Of a DNA stretch of 64,000 bases, positions 31,705 through 41,871 are shown piece by piece; position 1 is the first letter of the stretch, and the number at the start of each line of letters is the position of its first letter. The notes beneath the pieces were generated by a model. The model did no database searches and had not been told where the DNA came from. It saw nothing but the letters and a program-made list of their open reading frames with translations. The position numbers and the translations under genes were made by a program. This DNA comes from an uncultured delta proteobacterium (GTDB taxonomy: Bacteria; Myxococcota_A; Polyangia; Polyangiales; Houyiibacteriaceae): NCBI GenBank assembly GCA_963699755.1, contig CAVOVB010000010.1, positions 192,001 through 256,000 on the forward strand, in the 5' to 3' direction.

Positions 31705-34700
31705 ATGGGCGCCGAATTCGTTCACCTGCACGTTCACAGCGAGTTCTCGATGTTGGACGGGGCCATTCGGATTCCGCAGCTCGTCGAGAGCGTCGGGAAA
31801 ATGGACATGCCCGCGGTCGCCCTGACCGACAACGGCAACATGTTCGGGGCCGTCCAACTGGTGCGCGCGTGCACGAAGACCAAGGTCAAGCCGATACTCG
31901 GCTGCGAAGTGAGCTTCACGTCCGGCGACCGGCGCGACCCCAGCAATCACGAGCTCCATCACTTACTGCTGCTCGCCAGCTCGCAGGAGGGCTACCAGAA
32001 CCTGGTACGCTTGGTAAGCACCGGCTGGGTCGATGGGATGGCGATCCATGATGAGCCGCGCATCGATTTCGAGGCTCTTCAGAAGCACAGCAAAGGCGTC
32101 GTAGGGATGAGCGCCTGCATGGGCGGTTATGTCGCGCAGGAAATCCTCAACAAGGGGCCGGAAGTCGGCCGTGAGGCGATCGCGAAGCTCCGTGATTCGT
32201 TCGACCCGGGCTACTTCTTCATCGAGATACAGGACCACGGCTTCCCCGAGAACCGACCGCTCAACCAAGTTCTCGGCCGGCTTGCCAAGGAGCTCGACCT
32301 ACCGCTGGTGGGCACCAACGACTGCCACTACCTCGAGCGTCAATCCGCGCACGCGCAGCTAGTGCTTCAATGTATCGGCGCGGGGCGCAGCGTGCGCGAG
32401 ATGGAGGCAGTACACCATCACTCCTCCGAGCTCTACCTCAAAACGCCCGAGCAGATGGTCAACCTCTTCGCGCATGTCCCCGATGCGGCGACGAACACGC
32501 TCCTAATAGCCGAAATGTGCGCGGGCCAGGCCACGCCACTCGCAGACCCGCGGCTACCGCGATTTTCGGTACCCGGTGGGGCGAGTGAAGAGGACTACTT
32601 GCGCGCGCTCTCGGTCGCGGGCCTCGCGCGGCGCATGGTGGAAATGCGCGAGCGTGGCGAATCCTTCGAACAGGGACCCTATCACAGCCGCCTCGAGCTC
32701 GAGCTCGACGTCATCTTGAAAATGGGCTTCGCCGGGTACTTCTTGATCGTTCAGGACTTCATCAACTGGGCGAAGGATAACGGCGTCCCGGTCGGACCTG
32801 GGCGCGGTTCCGGAGCTGGCTCTTTGGTCGCCTGGGTGCTGCGAATCACCGACCTCAACCCGATCAAGCACGGACTTCTTTTCGAGCGGTTCTTGAACCC
32901 GGAGCGGGTGTCGATGCCGGACTTCGACATCGACTTCTGCATGGACCAGCGCGACCGCGTCATTCAGTACGTGCGCGACAAGTATGGCCAGGCGAGCGTC
33001 GGACAGATCGCGACTTTCCATCAGCTCAAGAGCCGAAGCGTCGTACGAGACGTGGGGCGCGTCATGGGTATGACGCCTGGCGAGGCAGGGTTGATCGCCA
33101 CGATGATTCCAGAGCCGGTCGGCGGAAAGAGCGTCGCAATCGGTGACGCGCTCGCGCAGGAAGCCCGACTCAAGACCGCCTACGAGCAAGACAAGCAGGC
33201 GCACGAGCTGCTCGATACGGCGCAAGCGCTCGAGAACCTCACTCGGCACGCGGGCATGCACGCAGCCGGGGTCGTGATCAGCGAGGGTCCGATCTGGGAC
33301 CACGTGCCGGTGTTCTGTCCCGAAAAGGACGTCTACGTCACGCAGTACCACAAGGATGACGTGGAGGCGGCGGGCCTCGTGAAGTTCGACTTCCTCGGGC
33401 TTCGAACGCTCACCGTCATCGACATCGCAACCAAGCTGATCGACAGGCGCCCCGACCGCCAGGGCGAGCCGTTCCGAATCGATCAAATCTCGATGGACGA
33501 CGATGCGACCTATGCGCTTCTGCAGTCGGGCGAGACGACCAACGTGTTCCAACTCGAGTCGAGCGGCATGCAGAACCTCTTCAAGCAACTTCGGCCCGAT
33601 CGGTTCGACGACATCGTCGCCGCAGTGGCTCTTTATCGCCCAGGCCCGATGGGTGCGCAGATGGACAAGGATTTCGTCCATCGCAAACACGGGCGGCAGC
33701 AGGTTCAGTACCCGCACCCCTCGCTCGAAGGCATCCTCCGGGAGACGCGCGGCGTCATCGTCTACCAGGAGCAGGTCATGCAAATCGCCCAGGAGATGGC
33801 AGGGTACTCGCTCGGTGGCGCAGATCTCTTGCGGCGCGCCATGGGTAAGAAGAAGGCCTCTGAGATGGACACGCAAAAGGCGATCTTCATCGAGGGCGCG
33901 ATGAGCCGCGGGCACACTCAGGAAAAGGCCGAGGAGGTTTTCGACTTGATGGCGTACTTCGCCGGGTACGGTTTCAACAAGAGCCATTCGGCGGCCTATG
34001 CGCTGATCACCTATCAAACCGCCTATCTCAAGTCGCACTACCCGGTCGAGTTCACCTGCGCGACGCTGACGGCCGACAAAGAAAAGATCGACAAGGTGGT
34101 TCGCACGGTCGCCGAAGCGCGCTCGATGGGGATTACGGTCTTGCCGCCCGACGTCAACGAATCTGAGATCGAGTTCACCGTGGTGTACAACCCGGATGAC
34201 GCGCAAGACGTCGCGCGGCTTCGTCACAAGCCGGTTTGCTACAATGGCGAGGTACACGACCCGATGGGGCCGAAGATTCGCTTCGGGCTCGGCGCGATCA
34301 AAGGCGTGGGCACCGGGGCGGTCGCGGCAATTCTCGAAGCGCGGCACGGGGCGCCGGAAGCCGACGGTGGCCCGGCGCACGAACGCCCCTTTGTCGACCT
34401 CTTTGATTTCTGCGCAAGGGTCGACCTGAGGCGGGTGAACAAGAGTGTGATCGAAGCGCTCGTCCAGTGCGGCGCGTTCGATACGGTGCACCAGGCCATC
34501 GACGTGCATCGCTCGCAGTCGTTCGTGGCGATCGAATCGGCGATCGAGCGTGGCAAGCGCATCCAGGCGGAGCGTTCGAGCGGCCAAGAGAGCCTCTTTG
34601 GCTTGATGGGCGGCGAGGAAGAAGCGCAGACCTACGAGCACCCGGGGGGGAGCTTTCCCGTACTCGATGCCTGGGATTCGCGCGATCAACTCTCTCGAGA

Positions 34701-35337
34701 GAAGAGCACGCTCGGTTTCTACGTGTCGGGGCATCCTCTCGACCGATATCGGGGCGAGCTGCTGCGCTTCTGCGACGCGACGACCGAAAGTGCGGCCCAG
34801 CTCGTCAACCACCGCGAAATCACCGTCGGCGGCACGGTCGAGGGCTACCGTGAGCGCCGGACCAAGATGGGGCACACGATGGCGTTCTTCCACATCGAGG
34901 ACGCCCTCGGTCGCATCGAAGTCATCGTTCGCCCGAAGTGCCTCGAAAAGCCGGGCATCCGGGAGGCGCTTCAGTCGGGCGAGCCCATCCTGCTGAGCGG
35001 TCGCGTGAAGCACGAACAGGATCGCAACGACGAAAGCGCCGCACCCGAAGCCAAAATTCTTCTTGAAGAGGCAACGCTACTGAGTGAAGCGCTCCAAGAG
35101 CGAACCACATCGATCACGGTGCGCCTCACCGTCGAAACCATCGACCGGAGCAAGCTCGACTCCCTCCGCTCGATGCTCGAGCAGTACCCAGGGCCCTGCC
35201 CGGTCACCCTCGAGCTCAACTCCCCCGGCGACTGGCGCGTCAACCTCGCGGAGACGGGCCTCTTCGTAGACCCGAGCGATGCCCTCCTCAGCGGTCTCGA
35301 ACGCCTCTTCGGTGCCAAAGTATGCGAGCTTCACTAG
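31705..35337 (+). CDS. dnaE: DNA polymerase III alpha subunit
   Basis: HLHVHSEFSMLDG, GRGSGAGS, SMPDFDIDF, KFDFLGL and YGFNKSH. Confidence 0.98.
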   Translation: MGAEFVHLHVHSEFSMLDGAIRIPQLVESVGKMDMPAVALTDNGNMFGAVQLVRACTKTKVKPILGCEVSFTSGDRRDPSNHELHHLLLLASSQEGYQNLVRLVSTGWVDGMAIHDEPRIDFEALQKHSKGVVGMSACMGGYVAQEILNKGPEVGREAIAKLRDSFDPGYFFIEIQDHGFPENRPLNQVLGRLAKELDLPLVGTNDCHYLERQSAHAQLVLQCIGAGRSVREMEAVHHHSSELYLKTPEQMVNLFAHVPDAATNTLLIAEMCAGQATPLADPRLPRFSVPGGASEEDYLRALSVAGLARRMVEMRERGESFEQGPYHSRLELELDVILKMGFAGYFLIVQDFINWAKDNGVPVGPGRGSGAGSLVAWVLRITDLNPIKHGLLFERFLNPERVSMPDFDIDFCMDQRDRVIQYVRDKYGQASVGQIATFHQLKSRSVVRDVGRVMGMTPGEAGLIATMIPEPVGGKSVAIGDALAQEARLKTAYEQDKQAHELLDTAQALENLTRHAGMHAAGVVISEGPIWDHVPVFCPEKDVYVTQYHKDDVEAAGLVKFDFLGLRTLTVIDIATKLIDRRPDRQGEPFRIDQISMDDDATYALLQSGETTNVFQLESSGMQNLFKQLRPDRFDDIVAAVALYRPGPMGAQMDKDFVHRKHGRQQVQYPHPSLEGILRETRGVIVYQEQVMQIAQEMAGYSLGGADLLRRAMGKKKASEMDTQKAIFIEGAMSRGHTQEKAEEVFDLMAYFAGYGFNKSHSAAYALITYQTAYLKSHYPVEFTCATLTADKEKIDKVVRTVAEARSMGITVLPPDVNESEIEFTVVYNPDDAQDVARLRHKPVCYNGEVHDPMGPKIRFGLGAIKGVGTGAVAAILEARHGAPEADGGPAHERPFVDLFDFCARVDLRRVNKSVIEALVQCGAFDTVHQAIDVHRSQSFVAIESAIERGKRIQAERSSGQESLFGLMGGEEEAQTYEHPGGSFPVLDAWDSRDQLSREKSTLGFYVSGHPLDRYRGELLRFCDATTESAAQLVNHREITVGGTVEGYRERRTKMGHTMAFFHIEDALGRIEVIVRPKCLEKPGIREALQSGEPILLSGRVKHEQDRNDESAAPEAKILLEEATLLSEALQERTTSITVRLTVETIDRSKLDSLRSMLEQYPGPCPVTLELNSPGDWRVNLAETGLFVDPSDALLSGLERLFGAKVCELH

Positions 35338-35415
35338 GCGAGAGATGGCCTGGGGGTGCTGATCTGGGACAAGACAAACTGATGAACCGCAGATTCGCCC
35401 CGAACAGCAACGCGC

Positions 35416-36087
35416 ATGTCTCCTGAGCCAAAGACCGAGGAGGAGTTGCTGGCCCGCGCCTGGGACATCGCTGGGCTCACGCTTGGAAAGCTCGGGGCAC
35501 GGGTCGGCATCGACGTGCCAGACGAATCGGCGCGAGCGAAGGGAATCGCCGGGCAGATTCTGGAGAAGGCGCTCGGCGCAACGGCCGGGTCGCGGGCGGA
35601 ACCAGATTTCGTGACGCTAGGGATCGAGCTCAAGACGATTCCGCTCGACGCCACGGGCAAGCCGACGGAGTCGACCTTCGTCTGCTCGATCTCTCTCTCT
35701 GCCATGGCGGATACCGACTGGGAGCGAAGCACGGTCTTGAAGAAGTTGTCCAAAGTGCTTTTCATCCCCATCGAGGCCGCATCGAAGGTGCCACTGTGCG
35801 ATCGGAGGGTCGGACGCGCCTACCGCTGGTCGCCCAACGCGGAGGAGCGGCAGCTCATGCGCGCGGACTGGGAGCGCCTCGCCGACATGATCGCCGCCGG
35901 TGACGTCGAACAGATCACCGGGCACCTAGGTGAGGTCCTGCAAGTGCGTCCGAAGGCCCCTCACGGGCGAAGCCGGCGAAGGGCTCCGGACGAAGAAGGC
36001 GCAGTACAATGGACGATGCCGCGCGGCTTCTACTTGCGACCGGCGTTCACCCGAGCAGTTCTCGCCCGGCTCCAGGCCGAGGCGTGA
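35416..36087 (+). CDS. mutH: MutH/Sau3AI-family endonuclease, MutH-like
   Basis: KG..GQ..E..LGATAGS, PDF..LGIELKTIP (PD-(D/E)xK), ESTFVC, LQVRPK and RGFYLR. Confidence 0.85.
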   Translation: MSPEPKTEEELLARAWDIAGLTLGKLGARVGIDVPDESARAKGIAGQILEKALGATAGSRAEPDFVTLGIELKTIPLDATGKPTESTFVCSISLSAMADTDWERSTVLKKLSKVLFIPIEAASKVPLCDRRVGRAYRWSPNAEERQLMRADWERLADMIAAGDVEQITGHLGEVLQVRPKAPHGRSRRRAPDEEGAVQWTMPRGFYLRPAFTRAVLARLQAEA

Positions 36088-36357
36088 CATGGCCGCGAGC
36101 CCTGCACCGAGTAGGGTGGCAAGCCATCTCGAGGTCTCTCCCCCGGAGCGAGCCCGACGTGGAGGGCCTCGCCGAGCGTACGATCGGCGCTCTTCGAGAT
36201 CCGTTTGAGCCAGCCGTTTCGGTGCATGCGAAGAATCGCTCGCATCAAGAATGCCTTTGGTTGCAGGTCAGCCTTGCTTCAGTGTAGACGGACGCCGGCA
36301 ATCATCCAGACTCATCGGCGCGCACATATCGACATTGCATCACCGTCACCCCGCCGA

Positions 36358-37446
36358 TCAGTCCACAAAGGGAGCTGGGGTCGGCGGATCGCTGCTGCGG
36401 TTGCGAGCGACCTCGGGTGAGAGCTCGTAGACGCGGGCGATGTCGTCCCAGAGCGTTGCACCGGGCTCGATGGCGTTCTTTCCCATGTACGGCGAAGCCG
36501 CGACGAGGGCGCGCCATACCAGGGGCCGAAATGGCGACAAGGCGAGCTTGCGAACACGAGACCGAGTCCGAAGCTCTTCCATGTATGCCCCTCGCGAGAT
36601 GCGCTGGAAGCCGAGCATCTGCTCGCTGGATTTCTCGTCCATCCAGCATTCGTAGAACCAGCCGTCCCTGATCGAAAGATCGGGGCTCGGTCGAAACGCC
36701 TTCTCCGGAGGCATGGTGAGGCCCACGGCGTCGAACACCTCGCCACGCAACTGACGCGCGGTCACTTTCCAAGACTGGTCCCCACCGATCAGAAACAGAT
36801 GGCCGTCGGGCTGCTGCGCTGCCGCCGAGGCGATCGCGCGCGCAGCATCGCGCACGTCGACCCCGTGCTCGGGCTGATCGAGCGACACCATGAAGATGAA
36901 GGGACGATAGCTGGGATGCTCGGGCATCAGATTGCGGAGGTCCATTACGGCGCCGAGCCGCAGCGAGCATTGGCGGAGGCCCGAATGGCGAAGCCAGCTC
37001 TCGACGGTGAGCTTCTGCAATCCGTAGTTGTCATCAGGCCGACAGGGGTCGGTCAACCGCCGAAACGGATCTCCCGGTGCACATGGGCCAAACGCTGCAT
37101 AGCTCGACACGAATACGAAGAACGCACCAGGCACGTGTCGCGTTGCCGCGTCGATCAGATGCTGGGCACCTCCCAGGTTCACCGATTCGGCCAGCTCGGG
37201 CTCTGCATAGGCAATAGGTGCCACGATCGCGGCGCAGTGGATGATGACGTCGGGTTTCACGAGCGCGACGAGTCGTGTCACCGCGCTCGGATTGGTCAGG
37301 TCACAGGCCTCGAACCGAACACCGGTCGGAATGCCCTCGGAATGGAGGTCGGTCGCCACCACCTCCATGCCCCGCCGTGCCAGCGCCCCGATCACGTAGC
37401 TGCCCACCTTGCCCGCAGCCCCCGTCAGTAGTGCAGTCCTGCTCAT
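36358..37446 (-). CDS. NAD-dependent epimerase/dehydratase (extended SDR)
   Basis: TGAAGKVG, HCAA and YGLQK (YxxxK); SD AGAGG before ATG 37446 (alternative GTG 37485). Confidence 0.85.
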   Translation of the reverse strand: MSRTALLTGAAGKVGSYVIGALARRGMEVVATDLHSEGIPTGVRFEACDLTNPSAVTRLVALVKPDVIIHCAAIVAPIAYAEPELAESVNLGGAQHLIDAATRHVPGAFFVFVSSYAAFGPCAPGDPFRRLTDPCRPDDNYGLQKLTVESWLRHSGLRQCSLRLGAVMDLRNLMPEHPSYRPFIFMVSLDQPEHGVDVRDAARAIASAAAQQPDGHLFLIGGDQSWKVTARQLRGEVFDAVGLTMPPEKAFRPSPDLSIRDGWFYECWMDEKSSEQMLGFQRISRGAYMEELRTRSRVRKLALSPFRPLVWRALVAASPYMGKNAIEPGATLWDDIARVYELSPEVARNRSSDPPTPAPFVD

Positions 37447-37481
37447 CGTGACCTCTTTCGCAGCCTCCTCGAAATCAAGCG

Positions 37482-39350
37482 TCACTCCGACGCAGGTTCT
37501 GAGCGCTTCTGTTCGATTTCGTCGTATAGGGCCTGTAGCTCGGCCTCTCCCAGGGTTTCCTTCTCCAACAGCAGTCGCGCCCCCTTCTCCAAGGTGTCGC
37601 GCTCCTTGCTGAGGACGGCGAGTGCCATGTCGAAGGCGCTCTGGACCATGGCCCGGACCGCGGTGTCGATCTCCCGAGCGGTGTCGTCGCTATACTCCCG
37701 CGTTCGAAAAGGAGAGACCCCTCCCCCCAAGAAAGCCGACGATTCGCTCTCATAGGAAACATGACCGAGCTCGGGCACCATCGCATAGCGAGTCACCATG
37801 CTGCGAGCAATGTCGGTCACCTTCGCTAGGTCGTCCGCTGCACCCGTGGACACATGATCGAAAACCAACTGCTCCGCAGCGCGTCCGCCCAGGAGGACGG
37901 CCATCTTTTCCTGCAGCTCTTCGCTCGTCATCAAGAAGCGATCTTCGGTAGGTCGCTGCATCGTGTATCCCAACGCGCCAACTCCTCGTGGAATGATCGA
38001 CACCTTGTGCACCGGATCGCAGTGCTCCGACACGAGGGCTACCAGCGCGTGACCCATTTCGTGGTATGCGACGACTTCGCGCTCACGTGGATTGAGGATA
38101 CGATTTTTCTTCTCGAGGCCAGCGACGATGCGCTCGATGGCAGCTGTGAAGTCCTCCAAGCTCACGCTGTCGGCGCCTCTTCGCGTGGCCACGATGGCGG
38201 CTTCGTTGACCAGATTGGCCAGGTCCGCACCGGTGAATCCAGGGGTGAGGGCCGCCACCTCTTCGAGATCAAGCTCGGCCCCGAGGGCTACGTCTTTCGC
38301 GTGCACCTTGAGAATCGCGGTTCTGCCGCGGCGGTCTGGCCGATCCACGAGCACCTGCCGATCGAACCGGCCCGCACGCAGCAGAGCGGGATCCAAAATC
38401 TCGGGGCGGTTCGTGGCGGACAGGAGCACGATGCCCGTCGACGAATCGAACCCATCGAGCTCGACCAGCAACTGATTGAGCGTCTGCTCCTTTTCGTCCA
38501 TGCCCCCCGTGAAAGGCTGGGCATTTCTCGCTCGGCCGAGGGCATCGAGCTCATCGATGAAGATGATGCAGGGCGCTTGCTGGCGAGCCTGGTCGAATAG
38601 ATCTCGAACGCGTGCCGCGCCTACCCCCACAAACATCTCGACGAACTCTGACCCGCTGATCGAAAAGAAGGGAACTCCTGCCTCCCCGGCGACGGCGCGA
38701 GCCAAGAGCGTTTTGCCAGTGCCCGGGGCGCCCACGAGCAAGATCCCTCTGGGCATACGAGCGCCGAGCCGGCCATAGGATTCCGGGTCCTTGAGAAAGG
38801 CGACGACTTCCTCGAGCTCTTGCTTGGCTTCGTCGACGCCGGCAACGTCAGAGAAGGTCACCCGCGTATCGGTCTCCATATAGACTTTCGCCCTGCTCTT
38901 GCCGACCGACATGAGCCCGGCGCCAGGGCCGCCGAGCCCTGCCATCCGGCGATTCAAGAAAAACCAAAAGCCCAAGAAGAGAAGCAAAGGCAACGACCAG
39001 GAGACGATTCCTCGCACCAGCGCGCTCTGCTCCTGCTTCGAATACTCGACCCCATGCGCTTGGAGGGTTTGGGCCAGATCGGGATCGACCCGATTGGTCA
39101 CAAAGCGCGTCTTTCCATCGATGGCTTCGGTCAGCTCGCCTCGCAGGGCATCGTCCGTGACGACGACCTCTTTGACCTTTCCTGCTACAAGCAGCGTCTC
39201 GAATTCACTGTAAGGGATCGACGCGACAGCTTCGTAGGTAGTCCAGACCTGCAGCAGAAACGACCCTCCCACGATGGCCACGAGAAGATAAAGAATGGCG
39301 AGACGAAGCCTAGGTCTCCTCCATTTGGGCTCCCGGTCTTGGTTTGGCAT
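37482..39350 (-). CDS. ftsH: ATP-dependent zinc metalloprotease FtsH
   Basis: Two TM segments, [33 protein letters not shown] and HEMGH; start MPNQ at 39350. Confidence 0.95.
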   Translation of the reverse strand: MPNQDREPKWRRPRLRLAILYLLVAIVGGSFLLQVWTTYEAVASIPYSEFETLLVAGKVKEVVVTDDALRGELTEAIDGKTRFVTNRVDPDLAQTLQAHGVEYSKQEQSALVRGIVSWSLPLLLFLGFWFFLNRRMAGLGGPGAGLMSVGKSRAKVYMETDTRVTFSDVAGVDEAKQELEEVVAFLKDPESYGRLGARMPRGILLVGAPGTGKTLLARAVAGEAGVPFFSISGSEFVEMFVGVGAARVRDLFDQARQQAPCIIFIDELDALGRARNAQPFTGGMDEKEQTLNQLLVELDGFDSSTGIVLLSATNRPEILDPALLRAGRFDRQVLVDRPDRRGRTAILKVHAKDVALGAELDLEEVAALTPGFTGADLANLVNEAAIVATRRGADSVSLEDFTAAIERIVAGLEKKNRILNPREREVVAYHEMGHALVALVSEHCDPVHKVSIIPRGVGALGYTMQRPTEDRFLMTSEELQEKMAVLLGGRAAEQLVFDHVSTGAADDLAKVTDIARSMVTRYAMVPELGHVSYESESSAFLGGGVSPFRTREYSDDTAREIDTAVRAMVQSAFDMALAVLSKERDTLEKGARLLLEKETLGEAELQALYDEIEQKRSEPASE

Positions 39351-39398
39351 TGGGCTCGGAGGGACCTTAGCACTCGAAGTGCCTCGTGGGGGGGTCTC

Positions 39399-40628
39399 AT
39401 GTATGTTGGCGGAGCGATCAAGACCGTGACTACCAGCGAAACGATTCCGACACCGGGCGCCGTCGAAGAAGCAAGCAATCTCATGATGCGCTTTGCACAA
39501 CGCACGGGGCTCGTCTCCGACCTCCCCCCGCGTCGGTACCTATGGACGGACGCCTTTGCGGTTTGCAACCTACTCGCCTTGACCGAGGCGACCGGCGAAG
39601 AGCGGTACACGGCGCTCGCGCTTCGCTTGATCGACCAAGTGCATCACGTGCTTGGAACCCATCGCGCCGATGATCCACGAACCGGATGGATCAGCGGACT
39701 CGGTGAGCAGGAAGGTGCGTCGCACCCAACTCGGGGCGGGTTGCGAATCGGCAAGGCTCTCCCCGAACGAGCGATCGGAGAAGCTTTCGATGAGCGACTG
39801 GAGTGGGAACGGGACGGGCAGTACTTCCATTACCTGACAAAATGGATGCACGCCCTGGACCAGGCATCCCGCAGGACAGGGCGATCGCAGCTCAACGCCT
39901 GGGCGCGGGAGCTCGCCAAGGTGTCGCACGATGCTTTCACCTATGCCGATCGAAGCGGTCGACGCATGGTTTGGAAGATGAGCATCGATCTTTCGCGCCC
40001 GCTCGTCCCTTCGATGGGCCATCACGACCCGTTGGATGGCTTCATCACGGGCACGGAGTTGCAAATGACGCGGTCAATGCAACCGGGCACCCCAAGCGGC
40101 CCGGGGTTGGAGGACGAGGTGGCGGACTTCGCCGCCATGATCGCAGGCCAAGACTGGGCGACCGCCGACCCACTGGGCCTGGGCGGACTGCTGGCGGATG
40201 CTTCACGCGTTGCGCAGCTCATGCAGCTCGGGGCACTTGAGGGAACGGATCTGCTGCACGACTTGCTCGCTGCGGCGCTGCGAGGTCTTCCGGAGTATCT
40301 GCGGCAAAACGATCTGAGGTATCCCGCCTCTCGCCGCCTGGCTTTTCGGGAGCTCGGGCTCGCGATCGGGCTTTTCGCAGTCGAGCGGATCGAGAGGGAT
40401 GTCGAAACGACCCAGGGGAGCTCGTCTCGAGGCGCAGAAGTACGCGAGCAGATCGAGGCCCTCGCGCCCTACCTCACCCTCGGTCGGGAGATCCAGTCCT
40501 TTTGGCTCCATCCTCTGCATCGAGAAGCACGCACTTGGTCAGAGCACCGAGACATCAACGAAGTGATGCTCGCCACCAGCCTCCTTCCGGCGGGTTTTCT
40601 GTCGATGCGCCCATCCGGCTCACCATGA
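39399..40628 (+). CDS. Hypothetical protein (RRYLWTDAFAV motif), function unknown
   Basis: Protein-like composition with motif-like blocks GGLRIGK, DGQYFHYLTKW, WKMSIDLSRP, RLAFRELG and HRDINEVM; start uncertain (39399 or 39483). Confidence 0.75.
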   Translation: MYVGGAIKTVTTSETIPTPGAVEEASNLMMRFAQRTGLVSDLPPRRYLWTDAFAVCNLLALTEATGEERYTALALRLIDQVHHVLGTHRADDPRTGWISGLGEQEGASHPTRGGLRIGKALPERAIGEAFDERLEWERDGQYFHYLTKWMHALDQASRRTGRSQLNAWARELAKVSHDAFTYADRSGRRMVWKMSIDLSRPLVPSMGHHDPLDGFITGTELQMTRSMQPGTPSGPGLEDEVADFAAMIAGQDWATADPLGLGGLLADASRVAQLMQLGALEGTDLLHDLLAAALRGLPEYLRQNDLRYPASRRLAFRELGLAIGLFAVERIERDVETTQGSSSRGAEVREQIEALAPYLTLGREIQSFWLHPLHREARTWSEHRDINEVMLATSLLPAGFLSMRPSGSP

Positions 40629-41836
40629 CCGTCACCATCGATGACATCCTGAGCGCTCACGAGCTCATCCGGCCGAGCATCGTGCGGACTCCGTTCGAGC
40701 TCTCCGAAACGCTGTCGGCACTGATCGGCGTGCAACTCTACCTGAAGTTCGAAAACCAACAGTTCACGGCATCATTCAAGGAACGAGGAGCGCTCCATCG
40801 CTTGCTGGGCCTGAGCCCAGCGCAACGCGCACAGGGCGTGATTGCCATGTCCGCGGGCAATCATGCGCAGGCGCTCGCCTATCATGGAAGGCGGCTTGGG
40901 ATCCCGACGACCATCGTCATGCCGCTGACCACGCCCAATCCCAAGGTGGAGCAGACGCGCGCGCATGGGGCTGAAGTGATTTTGCACGGGAGCCAGTTCG
41001 ACGAAACGCGGGCGTTCACGCGAGAGCTGGCACGCCAACGGGGCCTGGCCTTGGTTCATCCCTATGACGACCCGGCGGTGATTGCGGGTCAGGGGACGCT
41101 TGCACTGGAGATGCTGGGGACAGGGACACGAATCGACACCCTCCTTGTGCCCATCGGAGGAGGCGGTCTGATCTCCGGGGTGGCCGTCGTGGCAAAGGCA
41201 CTGCACCCCAGCATCCAGATCGTGGGCGTGCAAAGCGAGCGCTACCCGGCCGCGCACCATGCTTTTCATGGTCTCGACCCGAGTGAGGTCCCCAACCACG
41301 ACACGGTTGCGGACGGCATCGCGGTCAAGTCACCCGGCGTCCTCACGATGGATCTCATTCGACGCCACGTCGACGACATCGTCCTCGTGTCTGAAGACGA
41401 CATCGAGCAGGCGATCTTCGTCCTTGCCGAGATCGAGAAGACCGTCGTCGAAGGTGCCGGCGCGGCAGGCGTCGCGGCAGCGATGAAGCACAAGAAGCGG
41501 TACCAGGGCCAGAACCTCGCAACCATCCTGTGCGGCGGCAACATCGACATGATGACGCTGTCCTCGGTCCTACAGCGTGGTATGGTGCGCAGCCACCGGC
41601 TGGTGAGGCTCGAGGTCGAGGTGCCGGACATCCCCGGCGCCCTTGGCCAAGTCACCCAGCTGATCGGCGAGCTGCAGAGCAACATCATCGAGATCGGCCA
41701 TCAGCGGGCCTTCGATGCCTCCTCCGCTCGTGCGGCGATCGTGAGCATGGTCCTTCAGCTTCGCGGCGAAGAAGAGGCGGAGCAGGTGTTGGAGGCCTTA
41801 TCGGCCAAGGGCTTCGATGCTCGTTTGGTCCACTGA
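40625..41836 (+). CDS. ilvA: Threonine ammonia-lyase with C-terminal ACT domain
   Basis: KFENQQFTASFKERGA, SAGNHAQ, PIGGGGL and GGNID; ATGA overlap with the upstream gene. Confidence 0.9.
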   Translation: MTVTIDDILSAHELIRPSIVRTPFELSETLSALIGVQLYLKFENQQFTASFKERGALHRLLGLSPAQRAQGVIAMSAGNHAQALAYHGRRLGIPTTIVMPLTTPNPKVEQTRAHGAEVILHGSQFDETRAFTRELARQRGLALVHPYDDPAVIAGQGTLALEMLGTGTRIDTLLVPIGGGGLISGVAVVAKALHPSIQIVGVQSERYPAAHHAFHGLDPSEVPNHDTVADGIAVKSPGVLTMDLIRRHVDDIVLVSEDDIEQAIFVLAEIEKTVVEGAGAAGVAAAMKHKKRYQGQNLATILCGGNIDMMTLSSVLQRGMVRSHRLVRLEVEVPDIPGALGQVTQLIGELQSNIIEIGHQRAFDASSARAAIVSMVLQLRGEEEAEQVLEALSAKGFDARLVH

Positions 41837-41871
41837 CTTCTGGTCCCCGGAGGCGCGGTCGCCGTTTGGAT

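Noticed and set aside
33950..34010. Intein in dnaE
   Set aside because: YGFNKSH is contiguous and the protein length is normal.
36088..36357. 270-bp gap at the core/accessory boundary as an att site, ncRNA or IS remnant
   Set aside because: No tRNA, terminal repeat, recognisable RNA motif or convincing ORF; horizontal transfer of the cluster is not demonstrated.
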